From: Eledone cirrhosa
Taxonomy: Eukaryota
Direction of reading: 5' to 3'
Length of the DNA: 64,000 nucleotides
Assembly: GCA_964016885.1 (NCBI GenBank)
Contig: OZ024744.1
Location: 80,104,001-80,168,000 of the forward strand
The translations under genes and the position numbers were made by a program. Numbering within the stretch: the stretch's first letter is position 1; each line of letters starts with the position of its first letter. This document shows, piece after piece, positions 48,703 through 60,598 of this stretch. A model generated the notes under the pieces. It was not told where the DNA came from. It worked only from the letters and a program-made list of their open reading frames with translations, and did not search any database.

Positions 48703-50759
48703 ATAGTTATTATTACATGATTATTACCACCACCACCTCCATCATTTAATGTCAGTTTTCCCTGTTAGTAAGGGTTGAACAAGTCGTCAGAGACCAAGCC
48801 AGACAATTAAAATCAGAGATATCTCAGACAAGTCTATGACCCTGCCTTTCGTTTACATACATTCCTGCATTCTACCGAGTGCTTGGACAACCTGAGGAGC
48901 CATATCTTGTTTGCAAAACGTTCCCACGCTCTATCGAGAGCATTTTTATCATGGCACCAGCACTAGGGAGGTTGTTGTGTCTTTGACACAGCTTAAAACT
49001 CCTCCCGACCCTATACATAACGCATTATATATTTTGCATACAGCTTTGCACTACAGTGAGATGCGGAGGGAAAATATTGTTATCAAACCAGAGATCACAA
49101 CGATTTCATACCAGTCAAACAGACAGTGTGGCGGCTCCCTCAAAATATATCAGAGGTTTTCAAACTTTTTATTTTATCGATCGCGTAAGGATGAAAAGCA
49201 AAGTTAATCTCGGCGGGATTTGAACTCAGACTTAAAGGGGCGTAACTCTACACCGCAAAGCATGGCATCCGACCAATAATGACAATAATAATAATTAGTA
49301 TTTTTCAAATTTATTTGAAAATCATAGGCAGTATCATTGATTAGAAATATGGAAAGCGATGGGTTAGGAATGTCATGCCTGATCGATGATTATTTAAAAA
49401 ATATTTTACTTGTTTCAGTCATTGGACTGCAGCCAGTCTGGTACTTATTTTATATATCTTTTTTTGTCAAATTGTTATTTTAGACTCAGAGATATAAAAT
49501 GTAATTGCAAATACTAACATATGTTTCAGAATTGTTCTTTGTAACCAGGTGGTTTTGGGTCAAGTCCCACTGCATGACACATTGGGCAAATAAATGCCTC
49601 GAGTTCAGCAATGACTCGTGATTGAAATTTGGTAGACAGAAACTGCACTGAAGTCTGCCATATATGTATATATGTTTTTGCAGGTCCGTGTCTGTGTTTA
49701 TACTGACTGTTTCTTTATTTAAAAAAATAGAGGTCAATAAAATAAGTACCATGCTTGAAAATTAGGTATGGGAAGCATGGCATGTGCCATGAGCTCCATG
49801 TGCCATGAGCTCCATGTGAAGGGGGCGCCACTTGGACTAGTAGCATGTTCTATTAAAGTCAAATAAGCCTCGTCGGAGAGTGAAAAAAAGAAACTCCTTC
49901 AGATATATGAACTGTATCTGATTATCATGGGTGAGAACACTATGGTGGCTGGATCATTAAACCATTTATACAAATTATTAGGTCCATAGGTAAAAATACA
50001 CTGCTGGACAGGGGTACAATTTCACTGTTTGCCATAGGCGCTATTTTCCCTAGTTATGCCTCCGAGTTCGATAAGATCAACTAAAAACACTTTAAAATGG
50101 TGCCTCGGCATGGCTGTTATCTAATGACTGAAACCAGTACAAGATTAAAAGAATATTTTGTTTATTGCATAAAACATTCTATCAAAACCCAAATTTCTCT
50201 GTCACTGTGTAACTCAAGTTACCATTTTTAAAGAAGACAATGAATTCATTGTCTTCCCAAGTTTTTGTTAGTCAAAGTACGTCTTGTATGAAAGAGAGAA
50301 AGAGACGTTAGGTTGAGGAAAGGGGAGAGTTGAACAGCGTGTAAAGAATAGATAAATAAATAAAAGTTAAAATTCCTCACTCTCTTTCTTTCTCAACCCT
50401 CTCCCTTTTTTCTCATACCCTCTCTCTCTCTCTCTTCCTCTACAGAATGGAGAACACTAAAGAAAGCGAAGATCTGTGTGTGTGTATGTGTTTATGTATG
50501 TGTGTGTGTGCGTGTGAACCAGCGTTCGTCGCCATTCTCTCTTTCTCTCTATATACCTGATTATCTTGTGCCTCTCTGTATAACGACCTATCTCACTCTC
50601 TCTACATCTCCCTTTCTCTCTTTAGATGTATATGTACGTGTATGTGTGTGATATATATATATAGAGAGAGAGTTGCAACATGTATGTAGTTTCATCGATT
50701 TTTGAGGGTAGTAGATAGAGGGATTAAGCGTGTAGAGAGAGAGTTACAGCATGTATTTA

Positions 50760-50950
50760 GTTTTATCGATTTTTTTCATAGAAACAGGAAATATTTGGCA
50801 AAGTTTATTACGCGTTGACCATCGTTGGTAAATTTGGAGCACATTGGGAAAATAATCATCAAAATCGGTAGAGAAATGTAGAAATGCATAAAAATCATAC
50901 ACACACACACACACACAGACAGACAGACATCTTCCGTTTTATATATAGAG
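50760..50950 (-). mobile_element. Helitron-like 5' end related to that of 35047-35951
   Basis: Minus strand TCTATATATAAAACGGAAGATGTCTGTCTG, compared with TCTATATATATAAAACTGAGGATGTCTGTG. 3' end not identified. Confidence 0.55.
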
Positions 50951-50969
50951 AGATAGAGATATATTATTT

Positions 50970-51140
50970 AGAGCGTCAGACAACATGCTTTGCAGCATAG
51001 CTAAGGCTCTTTACGTTCTGAGTTCAAATCCCGCCGAGGTTAACTTTGCCTTTCGTCCTTACGAGGTCGATAAAATAAAGTACCAGTAATGCACTGGGGT
51101 TATTGCTGGCCTTGTGCCAAAAGTAGAAACAATTATTATT
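50970..51140 (+). mobile_element. SINE family A
   Basis: GAGTTCAAATCCCGCCGAGGTTAACTTTGCC...GTAGAAACAATTATTATT. Confidence 0.88.
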
Positions 51141-52115
51141 GGTAAAGTTTTATTTACATTTTAGTAAAACAATTTAATAGCAAAAGAAAAAAATTTTAGA
51201 TTGAGAAAAAATAATGGAATGTAAAATAAGAAATATAAAAACGGAAAAGGAAGGGAAAGACAAGGACTCTAGTGTCACAGAAGGAGGGGAGGGTGATGTG
51301 CTCTGGGCCTAGGGCGCGGCGGTACTCAACGGACTATAGCCAGGGACACCCGCTGCAACAGACACCCACTGTAAGGTTCTTACATAAAATTATGACGAAA
51401 GGTTTTTTTTTTTTTTGTTTAGATAAATATAAACACTTTAAAACAGCTCCGTATCATAGAAACAGGGGCGGTTTCAGGTTATTTGGTATCAAAAGGGTTT
51501 GTTTATCATTGAATGAGGGGGGGGGGGGTAATGAAATTAAAGAAAAGATAACTCGTGTTGGAAATGTCATGATATAATGGAATGTGTAAACATGAAATGT
51601 CAAATATAAATAAAGTCAACACTCTCTGGCATGCATAACACGGGGGACAGGCCAACTCGTGGTTCTAGCAGAGTAGAGTAGCTTTGCTTTGCAGGAAGGT
51701 GAGAGAGATATATGTTGAAATAGGTTCACTCCTGCAGCTGGCCAATTCCGGGCTAGTATCACTGGAGCAGTGACGTTAGAGAATTCTTCCTCATATACAC
51801 GTGTGTGTATATATATATACACACACACATAAGAGATATATATACGCACACATAAATACACATACATATACATCCACATACATATATATATATATATACA
51901 TCCACACATATATATATATATATATATACATCCACACATATATATATATACATCCACACACACACACATACATATACATATATATATTTTGTTATACTTT
52001 GGGAGGGTCATGTTGCCAATAAACACACGCACCAGTTGCTTTCACCTCAATTTATTATAAATTAAATTTATAAATTTCCGGTTGGTTGGTTCCACAACCG
52101 GACGGTTCATATATT

Positions 52116-52158
52116 GTCAAAGTTCTTTCGTCACACAGTCTGTGACCTCTTCAGTGAC
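52116..52158 (-). ncRNA. Minimal type I hammerhead ribozyme motif
   Basis: GTCA-CTGAAGA-G-GTCACA(GACTG)TGTGAC-GAAA-GAAC-TT-TGAC on the minus strand. Confidence 0.75.
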
Positions 52159-52503
52159 TGGGGATTCTTTTCTTTGTTTTTGTGCTTCTCATTTGTTCTG
52201 TCCTACGCCATCTTGTTTTTGTGTGTGTTGCGTGCTTAGTTTTCGCATGTGTTACATCCGGGTGTCTGTGTTTTTATTTGTTTATTTACATGTTACTGGT
52301 TGGTTGTTTGTTCTATGTGTGTTTTCATTTTGTCCTTAATTATAAGTTGTGATGTTGCTATTCCATTCAGGTTTTCTATTTAATATAAACACACACAGAC
52401 ACCCGGATGTAACATGCGCAAACTAAGCACACAACACACACAAAAACAAGATGGCGTAGGACAGAACAAAGGAGAGGCACAAAAACAAAGAAAAGAATCC
52501 CCA

Positions 52504-52546
52504 GTCACTGAAGAAGTCACAGAATGTGTGACGAAAGAACTTTGAC
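52504..52546 (+). ncRNA. Minimal type I hammerhead ribozyme motif
   Basis: GTCA-CTGAAGA-A-GTCACA(GAATG)TGTGAC-GAAA-GAAC-TT-TGAC; stem I GTCA/TGAC, 6-bp stem II. Confidence 0.75.
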
Positions 52547-53621
52547 AATATATGAACAACCGTCCGGTTATGGAACCAACCAACCAACCGGAAATTTATA
52601 AATTCTTAAATTTATAAATTTAATTTATAATAAATTGGAGTGAAAGCAACTGGTGCGTGTGTTTCTTATTGGCAACATTACTCTCCCAAAGCATAACAAT
52701 ATCGGTTTCAACACACGTTTTCAGATAAAGAATCTTGCTAAACAAATTCAGAAACGAAATTATATATATATATAAACACACACACACACACACATATATA
52801 AACATACACGTCGTTCCCTTCTTGGTGAAGTTAGCATATAGCATTGCTTGTATTCGATTTCAGATAGCAAGCAATCTACTGTACAGTTGTTGGGTTTAAT
52901 AAGAAATAATCTTTCAGCGTGCTCTCTAACATTTTGTCAATCCATCAAACATAGATTTTCTGTCTAAGAACTTGGAACATTTTGTGATATCATTTGTCAC
53001 TTGGTTGGGTTTCTTTTTTCTTTTATTTGTTAAATATATATGTAAAAAGTAAACAGAAATAACGAGAGAATGAGAATTATTGCTGTATCAAGGAAACTAG
53101 ATAACAGAGCTTCTCTCATCTTTACCAGGATCTATATTGGAAAACCCCAATATTACCATATATGATGATTTCCTTCGAACGAAACAGTTCTAGTCCTGTA
53201 GAAGCCATTTCTATATAAAAAATTGTATACTCTGCTATGTATTGAGTACCTTACTGTGGTTACCCCTCGACTGAACCCGGGATACATACACACACATATA
53301 CATATATATCTACCAGAGTTGTGTCGGGGAGGTAACCACAGTTTAAAAAGGTACTTAAATACATTGGCAGAGTATAGACATCTTTATTCTTATATAGAAA
53401 TGACTTCTATATGACTATAAATGTTGCAATCTTGAGAAATTATATGGTTTCATACAAATGAAATAGTTCTGTCCCTGCGGAAGTTTTTTTTTTTTTCACA
53501 CACACACATTTTCGAGGTCCGTGGGTAATCCGCTGGCTGGACAAGGTGGTAAAATAGAGAGGTCACAAGGCGGAGGTAAATATCCAGGTTCGAAATACAA
53601 GGATTGCCGCCTAAACGTGGG

Positions 53622-53915
53622 AAATATAGTTCAAGGAGACAACAAACAGAGGTACAAAAAGTCATAGTTTCACACTCTATATTGAAGAGAGGAAAGAAAG
53701 TCCGACATGTTGAACTTAAGCCTTTTACTCTACATTTTCGATTTTTTTTTCTTTACACGGACCTTTTTTCTGTTTCTCCATTGTGATCCTGTCTCTTTTT
53801 GTACTGCTGAAGAAGGGCTGAAGCCCAACACGTCGAACTTTTTTCCCCTTTTCAATATAAAGCGTGAAACTAACAAGACTTTTTGTACTTCTGTTTGTCT
53901 ACTTGAACTATATAT
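53622..53915. mobile_element. Older inverted repeat pair with a decayed hammerhead (Penelope-like remnant)
   Basis: ~53622-53735 is the diverged reverse complement of ~53800-53915. CTGAAGA-A-GGGC(TGAA)GCCC-AACAC-GTC at 53807. Confidence 0.6.
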
Positions 53916-54279
53916 TTATATATATATGTGTGTGTGTGTGTTTTATGATAATATTAGGGTTTTCTAATATTGAAACATGCAAAATTAAAATTATATTTTA
54001 AGTATAACTTAGTTATTCTCTCTATATTAATATAGATGTATATATAAAAGATGGGAAGTGACCTATGAATTCCGTAGGCCCATACTGATTGGTAACATCT
54101 GTAGGGAAAATATCGTGGAAAGAGAGGGAATTCTAGAGGGTGAAGTTTGCGGTGGGAAGATGTTTAATCTAAGATATGTAAAATAGACACAGCAGACATA
54201 AGGGTGACGAGTGCATTGCTGTGCAAGGGTCAGCGTGAAGCAGGTTATCTGTGAGTTAGTAATAGTAATATATACATAT

Positions 54280-54606
54280 CAGTTGTCCACCGGTATTCGC
54301 TGGGGTTACGTTCCTACAGCACCCGCGAGAGTGAAAAACCACGAATATTGGACGTGGTCCATAAAAATGACTATAAACGGCAAAATATAACGTAAAATAT
54401 AATTATGCGAAGGGGCGTCCAATAGGCCGGCAAATACAGTATATTATTAATAACTTAGCGTTAAAATATATATATATATATATTGCCATGAAAAAAGCCA
54501 TTAAAAAATCGCGGAACATATTTACGATTCCGCGAATATGCGGTGGTTTCTGAACAATTATTTGTCAGGTTCTAAGGAAATTTCCGCGAATGCCGATGGT
54601 ACACTG
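54280..54606. mobile_element. Tigger/pogo-type MITE; second, left-truncated copy at ~61276-61593
   Basis: Ends CAGTTGTCCACCGGTATTCGC / GCGAATGCCGATGGTACACTG-TA; internal sequence colinear with the 61.3-kb copy, which also ends CTG-TA. Confidence 0.78.
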
Positions 54607-54687
54607 TATATACATATGAACGCACTATATAAATACATGTACATATATCTTGTTTTCGTTCGTTGTCTTCTCATTTTATTATTACTA

Positions 54688-55002
54688 ATCCCGACGAGGT
54701 TAGCTTTGAGTTTCATCCTTACGAAGTCGATAAAATAAAGTACCAGTAACGCACTGAAGTCGATTTAATCGACTTTATCCTCCACAAAATATTGTTGGCC
54801 TTGTACCTGAATCGGTGGATTGGCAGTGTCGGTAGAGGGTCGGACGCCATGCTTTGATGCATAGAGTTACGGCCCTTACCATTCTGAGTTCAAATCCCGC
54901 CGAGGTTAACTTTGCCTTTCATCCTTACGGGGTCGATAAAATAAAGTACCAGTAATGTACTGGGTAATTGCTGGCCTTGTGCCAAAAGTAGAAACAATTA
55001 TT
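54688..55002 (+). mobile_element. Two SINE family A copies (partial, then full length 54813-55002)
   Basis: GGTGGATTGGCAGTGTCGGTAGAGGGTCGGACGCC...GAGTTCAAATCCC...GTAGAAACAATTATT. Confidence 0.92.
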
Positions 55003-55104
55003 AACCCCACCCCAGCTGTACTTAATTGACAAGTCATTTGATCTGCCGATGATTGCGATAACAATATGGATCGTGATAGTCACTGTCATTTAAAACATGA
55101 TCTA

Positions 55105-55270
55105 GAATGGACCTCCATCACTTTCGACGATGAGTGTTCCAGTTATTCGATCAACAGAACAGTCTGCTGCATCGAATTAACGTCTAAATCGTTGAACATT
55201 TCACAGACAAATGTACTCAACGTAATTCTCAGGGAGATTCAGCATGATATAGTGTGTGACTTACAAGTAC
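55105..55270 (+). mobile_element. Interspersed repeat (probable SINE, family E); related pieces at ~7620-7712 and ~60850-61020
   Basis: Shared TTTCGAC.AT.AGTGTTCCAG...TGCCTGCT...AATTAACGT and AC(G)TGTAC.C..AA.GTAATTCTCA motifs. Confidence 0.5.
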
Positions 55271-56383
55271 AGTTTATCTGACGGTCTTCCAAACAGCTGC
55301 CGTCTAGTCTACCCGATTTCACTCGCATGGTATGTCAAGCGAACTTCTTTAACCGTTTGGCCAGGCACTGTTGGATATTAACTTGTAATTCTAGTCGTTA
55401 GATATACGACGAAAGAAAGACTTCGATATTTAATGAACGCAATCCATTCATCTATAAGCCATTAAGTTCCAGGTGAGTCATAAAGACGCCGTCGTGAGCA
55501 ATAAAACCTGGTGGAGCTCATCCCTCTTTGAACACAGCAGATTTTGTTTTAGAGAGAAGGGAAGCAGATAAAAACATCGACCATAGTACTTTACTAGTAT
55601 TTAAATATCGACCGCGAAATGAAAGGCAAAATTTACCTCGGCGGGATTAGTTAGACCTCAGAATACAGAGAGTCGAAATAAAAACCGTAAATAAACATTC
55701 TTTCTATCCGACGTTCTAACGACTCCTCTGCTTTCGGTCAGAAATGTGATTTCTGATTTAGGCACAAGTCCAGCAAATTTTGAGCAGTGGGAGAGGGAAA
55801 GGTCGATTATACTCTACAGGTGTTATATTTTAACGATCCCAGAAGAATGAAAAGCAGACTTTTTACCTCGACAGGATTAGAACTCAGAACGTAGAAATAA
55901 CAAGGCACAACGTGTATGTATTTTAAACGGTTAATATGATTTTACCACGGTAGAATACAAAATATAATGAATGTAACGAGAATAACTTTCTCGAAGGTGA
56001 AAATAGTAAAAAGATACACAAAACATTTTGTCTTGAGCTTTTCTTTTTCTGTCTTATAAACGATGCCGTTAAGTTGCTAGAATATTGAGAGAGAGAGATA
56101 GAGAGAGAGGGGGGGGGCTAGAGGAAGAGAGAGAGAAGTAATTTGAGAAAAAAGAAAGAGGAATGAAGGAGGTGGGTAGTAGTTTTAATTGCTGACAATT
56201 GCTGACTGAACATAAGAGAGGTGGGGAATGTGAGATAAATAAATAAATAAATGGTAGTGGGTGAAGATTCTAAACATGCAATTATTACATCACTACAGAA
56301 CAAGAGTTAACATTTGATTCTTTTTCTCCATTCTTCTCTAAACAACCTTACGTATCTTATTTTGAGGGAATGTTCGACGTTAA

Positions 56384-56420
<37 letters not shown>

Positions 56421-56649
56421 TATATATATATATAGATAAGGGTTACTACAGACTGTTATTCTTTTTTTTTCTCCTTCCTTCTTTCATTCTCTATTTCCGT
56501 TTTCGTTTTGTTTTAACATCCTCTCGTGAAACAGACAAAAGGTAGGAAGAAGAAAAGTAACTAACGACCCCCCCCCCTCCCCCAAAAAACCTAATTCTCT
56601 AATCATTAACTGACGTGAGAAGAAACAAAAGAAAATAAACAAAAAATAT

Positions 56650-57845
56650 AATCGTTTCTGATTTAAGCAGAAGGCCAGCGATTGTTTTTTGGGGGTAGAG
56701 GGGGAGTCGATTAAATCGACCTCAGTGCATTACTGGTGCTTTATCTTTATTTTATCGACCCTATAAGGATGAAAGGCAAAGCTTAACCAAGGCGGGATTT
56801 GAACTCAGAGCGTAAAGTGCCGTAACTATGCTACAAAGCATCGTGTCTGACGCTCTGCCGATTCTGCGAATACACCACCCTTAATAATTGTTTCTACGTT
56901 TGGTACAAGGCCAGCAATTACCCAGTGCATTACTGGTACTTTATTTTATCGACTCCGTAAGGATGAAAGGCAAAGTTAACCTCGGCGGGATTTGAACGCA
57001 GAATGGCGAAGGCCGTAACTCTATGCGTCAAAGTATGGCGTCCGACCCTCTACCGATACTGCCAAATAATGGTTTGATTTAGGCACAAGGCCAACAATTT
57101 TGGGGAAGGAGAAAGTTGATCGACCCCAGAACATTCCTTGTACTTTATTTTATCGACCCCGTAAGGGTGAAAGGCAAAGCTAACCTCAGGAGGGGGAAGA
57201 CATGGGAAAAGAGAGTAAAGACAGACATTTAAATATTTCGTAAGTTGTTGTGAAAGAATAAAAAAGAAACAAAAAAGGGAAGGCAGTCAGACAACCGGTC
57301 TGTTAGGTGTGTGTGTGTGTGTAGCAATTTTAACTTTTGAAAGCCAGTCAGTCTGTTTATAGAATGAAAACAATAACACGAGCTGGTCTTTCTCCTTTTA
57401 CACACTGACTTACTCATTACACATATGCACATAGCAACTATTACCAAGTAGAGGAGACCTGTTAACTAGAAAGAAAGTTAGAAAGCTATTTTAACTAATA
57501 ATTGTTTCTACTTCAGGCACAAGGCCAGCAATTTTTGAAGAGGGAGGAAAGACGATTAAATCGACCCCAGTACATTACTGGTACTTTATTTTATCGACCC
57601 CGTAAGGATGAAAGGCAAAGCTAGCCTAGTAGTAATAATAATAGTAATGGTTTCTGATTTAGGCACAAGGCGACAATTTTAGGTGAGGGGAAAGTCGATT
57701 AAATCAACTCCAGTACATTACTGGTGCTTTATTTTATCGATCCCGTAAGCAAAGCTAACCTCGGCAGGACTCAGAACGTAAAGATCGTAACGATGCCCCT
57801 AAACATGTTGTCCGACGCTCTACTGATTCTGCAATCGACCACCCT
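56650..57845 (-). mobile_element. Cluster of at least five same-orientation SINE family A copies
   Basis: Tail motif (G)TTTCT..TTTAGGCACAAGGCCAGC restarts at ~56654, 56889, 57072, 57503 and 57650. Confidence 0.9.
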
Positions 57846-59843
57846 ACTTTAACTAATAAGTACAAATACTACTTTCTTAATTTCTCTACTCTAAGTTTCT
57901 TTGTTTCTCTTATATAAAATTTTCTATATATATATTTTTTTAAATATGTATACTCAAAATTAAAAGAGAATGAATATACATACACACACACACATATACA
58001 AACACACATATATACAAACACGCACACACACAACTACCGCTGGATTCGAATATCCAACTGTTAGGTGTTAGTTTAAATGATTTAGAAAAAAAAAGTAGGG
58101 CTAGGTTTATTATACAGAACATGAACAAAAGAGTATTAATATATTCTTTCACTCTCTCCTGTTTTCTTTATACCCGACTAAATTCGCTCGTATTTCTTTA
58201 TTTTCGTCCCGTTCGTTCCAAACTTCTCTCATTCGGCAAAACTTTCAAGTAATAAGGACAAGAAAGGACTTTACGGGCGAGGGGTAGATTCGGGTATAAT
58301 AAATTCAACTCACCATAACTGAGCGTGTTTTTCTACAGTAACCGACACAGTAAAACAACACACCTTAAGCAAGTAAATCCAGGTGTGACCAACTTTATAT
58401 CCAAAAATTCAGCGCATAATAATACTAATATTAATAATAGGTTCCCATCGAAAGAATAAGAAGGAAAATAGAATAAGTATAATAGAAAGCACTTGGTTTT
58501 CTTTCCTTTTTGTTTTCTTTCTTTCTATATACACCTTCACGAAATTAATGATCCTGTGAAGTAAGTGACAGTAAGATTAACTTTTCCTCTTCTTTTTATA
58601 CACCACCCGCTATATTTAATTCGTTTTCTTTTAGAATGGTCGGCCCATTTCAAAAGACGTGGGTTTTCACACTATTAGAGAGTAAAAAAAAAACAGTCAT
58701 TTAAATTTCATTAATAAATCATTGTACGCTTCGAAAAATTCTATTATTTCTCTTCCGCCGGTTTCAAATCTTTGGTAAGGCGCTTGGAGTTTGACTCTGT
58801 GAATTTGTTGGTAAAATAAGAAGACCAACATATTGAATCGGACTGTGGTATAATTATTGTGTGATGTGACATGTGGACAGCATTTTAAATGTTGACACTT
58901 GTTTTGTTTACTGTGTCGTTGTCCTTCTTATTCTTTCTTCTTTTTTTTTTTTAGCCTTTTCTTTTTCTTTTCTTTTGTTTTATACTACGTAGGCATTTCT
59001 GAACACACGTACTCACTGTCAATGACGGCTTCACAGTGGTTTACGAAAATATAAAAAAGAGAAAGATAGATAGAGAGAGAGAGAGAGAGAGCCAGGCGGA
59101 GAGATAAAGCCAGACAGAGAAAACCAAGCAGAGAGATAGGTAGGTATAGAAAAAAGAGATTGCAAACAAGTCGGTAGGTGGTGGTGGTATTTATTCGCCA
59201 CATGTAAGGTAGTATGCAAATATCAGCTGCTGATCATTTTGTTGTCACTGCTTTAATTATAAAGGGTAACACGATCTGTAATCATACACCGTAGTAATAA
59301 GAGAGATAGAGAAACAAGTGTGTGCCTGTGTTTTGCCAGATGGAAGGTAGGGTTTCAACCTCTGCATCCGATAATAGATAGATCTAATTAGAGAGAAAAG
59401 AGGAGAGGCACTGCAACGTTATCATTTCCCTTAATTCAATCATTTCTATAGAAAAGAAGTAGAAAATAACGATAAGATAGGAAGAAAAGTAAGTAAGTAA
59501 AAAAAAAAAAAAAAAAAAAAAAACGGACGGACGGAAGACATAGAAATGCAGTGTTAGTGAGAAAAAGACACTATGGAACTGAAATAAATAAGTTAGAAAG
59601 TGAGGAATAATTTCCATTAACAAACGTTGACCCTATGCCAGATCATAACGGAAATCATACAAACACACGTACACCCCACACACTCAAACACAAGAATGAA
59701 TGTAGGAGCATCTAAGTGGTCGTTCGACCTGCTATAAATAACAGTGAAAATTCTCTCATACTCCCTACAGTCTTTTTTTAAAAAGTGACATACTGGACAA
59801 TGTAGACCCTAATATACAAAAGGATGATATATATATGTGTGTT

Positions 59844-59901
<58 letters not shown>

Positions 59902-60562
59902 TGTGTGTGTGTGTATCTATATGTGTATTTGTATACATATATATATATTATGTATGTGTGTATGTGTGAATTACATATAGAGTGATGAAATTCAATGAGA
60001 AAAGAAGGCAAAAGAATAAAAATAATAATAAAGAGAAAAAAAAGAGAGATGTAAGTGAAAAGGAAGGAGAAACAATCTAAGTAGGAAAGATGTAAGTAGG
60101 AAGCCAGTCGTGTTATTGAGAAGTCTTCTATTCATAATGAAGTGTATATACTGCATATATATATAAAATGTGTGGTAATGAAGGGTGGGGTTAGTGTGTT
60201 TATTTGGTGAAGCAACAGATAGGTATGTTTTATGTTGTTCTTTTTTGAGTATTTACAGCAGAAATATATACCAAGTACCAATGTTGAGAAGGAGAATAAT
60301 TCTTATTTACACACACACACACACATTTCCTTCTTTCTTTCTTTCTCTCTCTCTCTCTCTGTCTATCACTTTCTCTCATCTACTTTTTGATTGCGTTTTA
60401 CTTACTATCTGTGAATCTATCCATTTCTCTCTCCAAGAGATGGCGATATTAATAGACCTGCTTTTTATCGAAGAATTTTTGCCCTTGCTCATCCCTCAGT
60501 CGACTTTTTCTGTCCCTGCTCACTCTGCTCTATCTTTCTATTTCTTAAATTTTTCATTCTAT

Positions 60563-60598
60563 TTTTCTGGTGAAAGACTAGCGTCAGAAACGTTAAAA
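60563..60598 (+). ncRNA. Degenerate minimal hammerhead motif, same repeat family as 32378
   Basis: TTTT-CTGGTGA-AAGAC(TAGC)GTCA-GAAACGTT-AAAA. Confidence 0.55.

Larger units (their letters stand above)
51989..52699. mobile_element. Penelope-like element remnant: inverted pseudo-LTR pair (51989-~52278 and ~52384-52699)
   Basis: Long, highly similar inverted arms with a ~105-bp spacer. Each arm has a hammerhead motif. The spacer reads FILNRKPEWNSNITTYN* on the minus strand, resembling the I...KPxLN end of GIY-YIG domains. Confidence 0.78.

Noticed and set aside
48357-50064. Single 1.7-kb DNA transposon defined by ~125-bp inverted ends
   Set aside because: There is no matching TSD, and the right-hand copy interrupts a separate SINE, so two independent MITE copies are more likely.
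51616-51790. Minus-strand peptide EEEFSNVTAPVILARNWPAAG...
   Set aside because: Fused to microsatellite-derived sequence and not recognisable; it may be a TE remnant.
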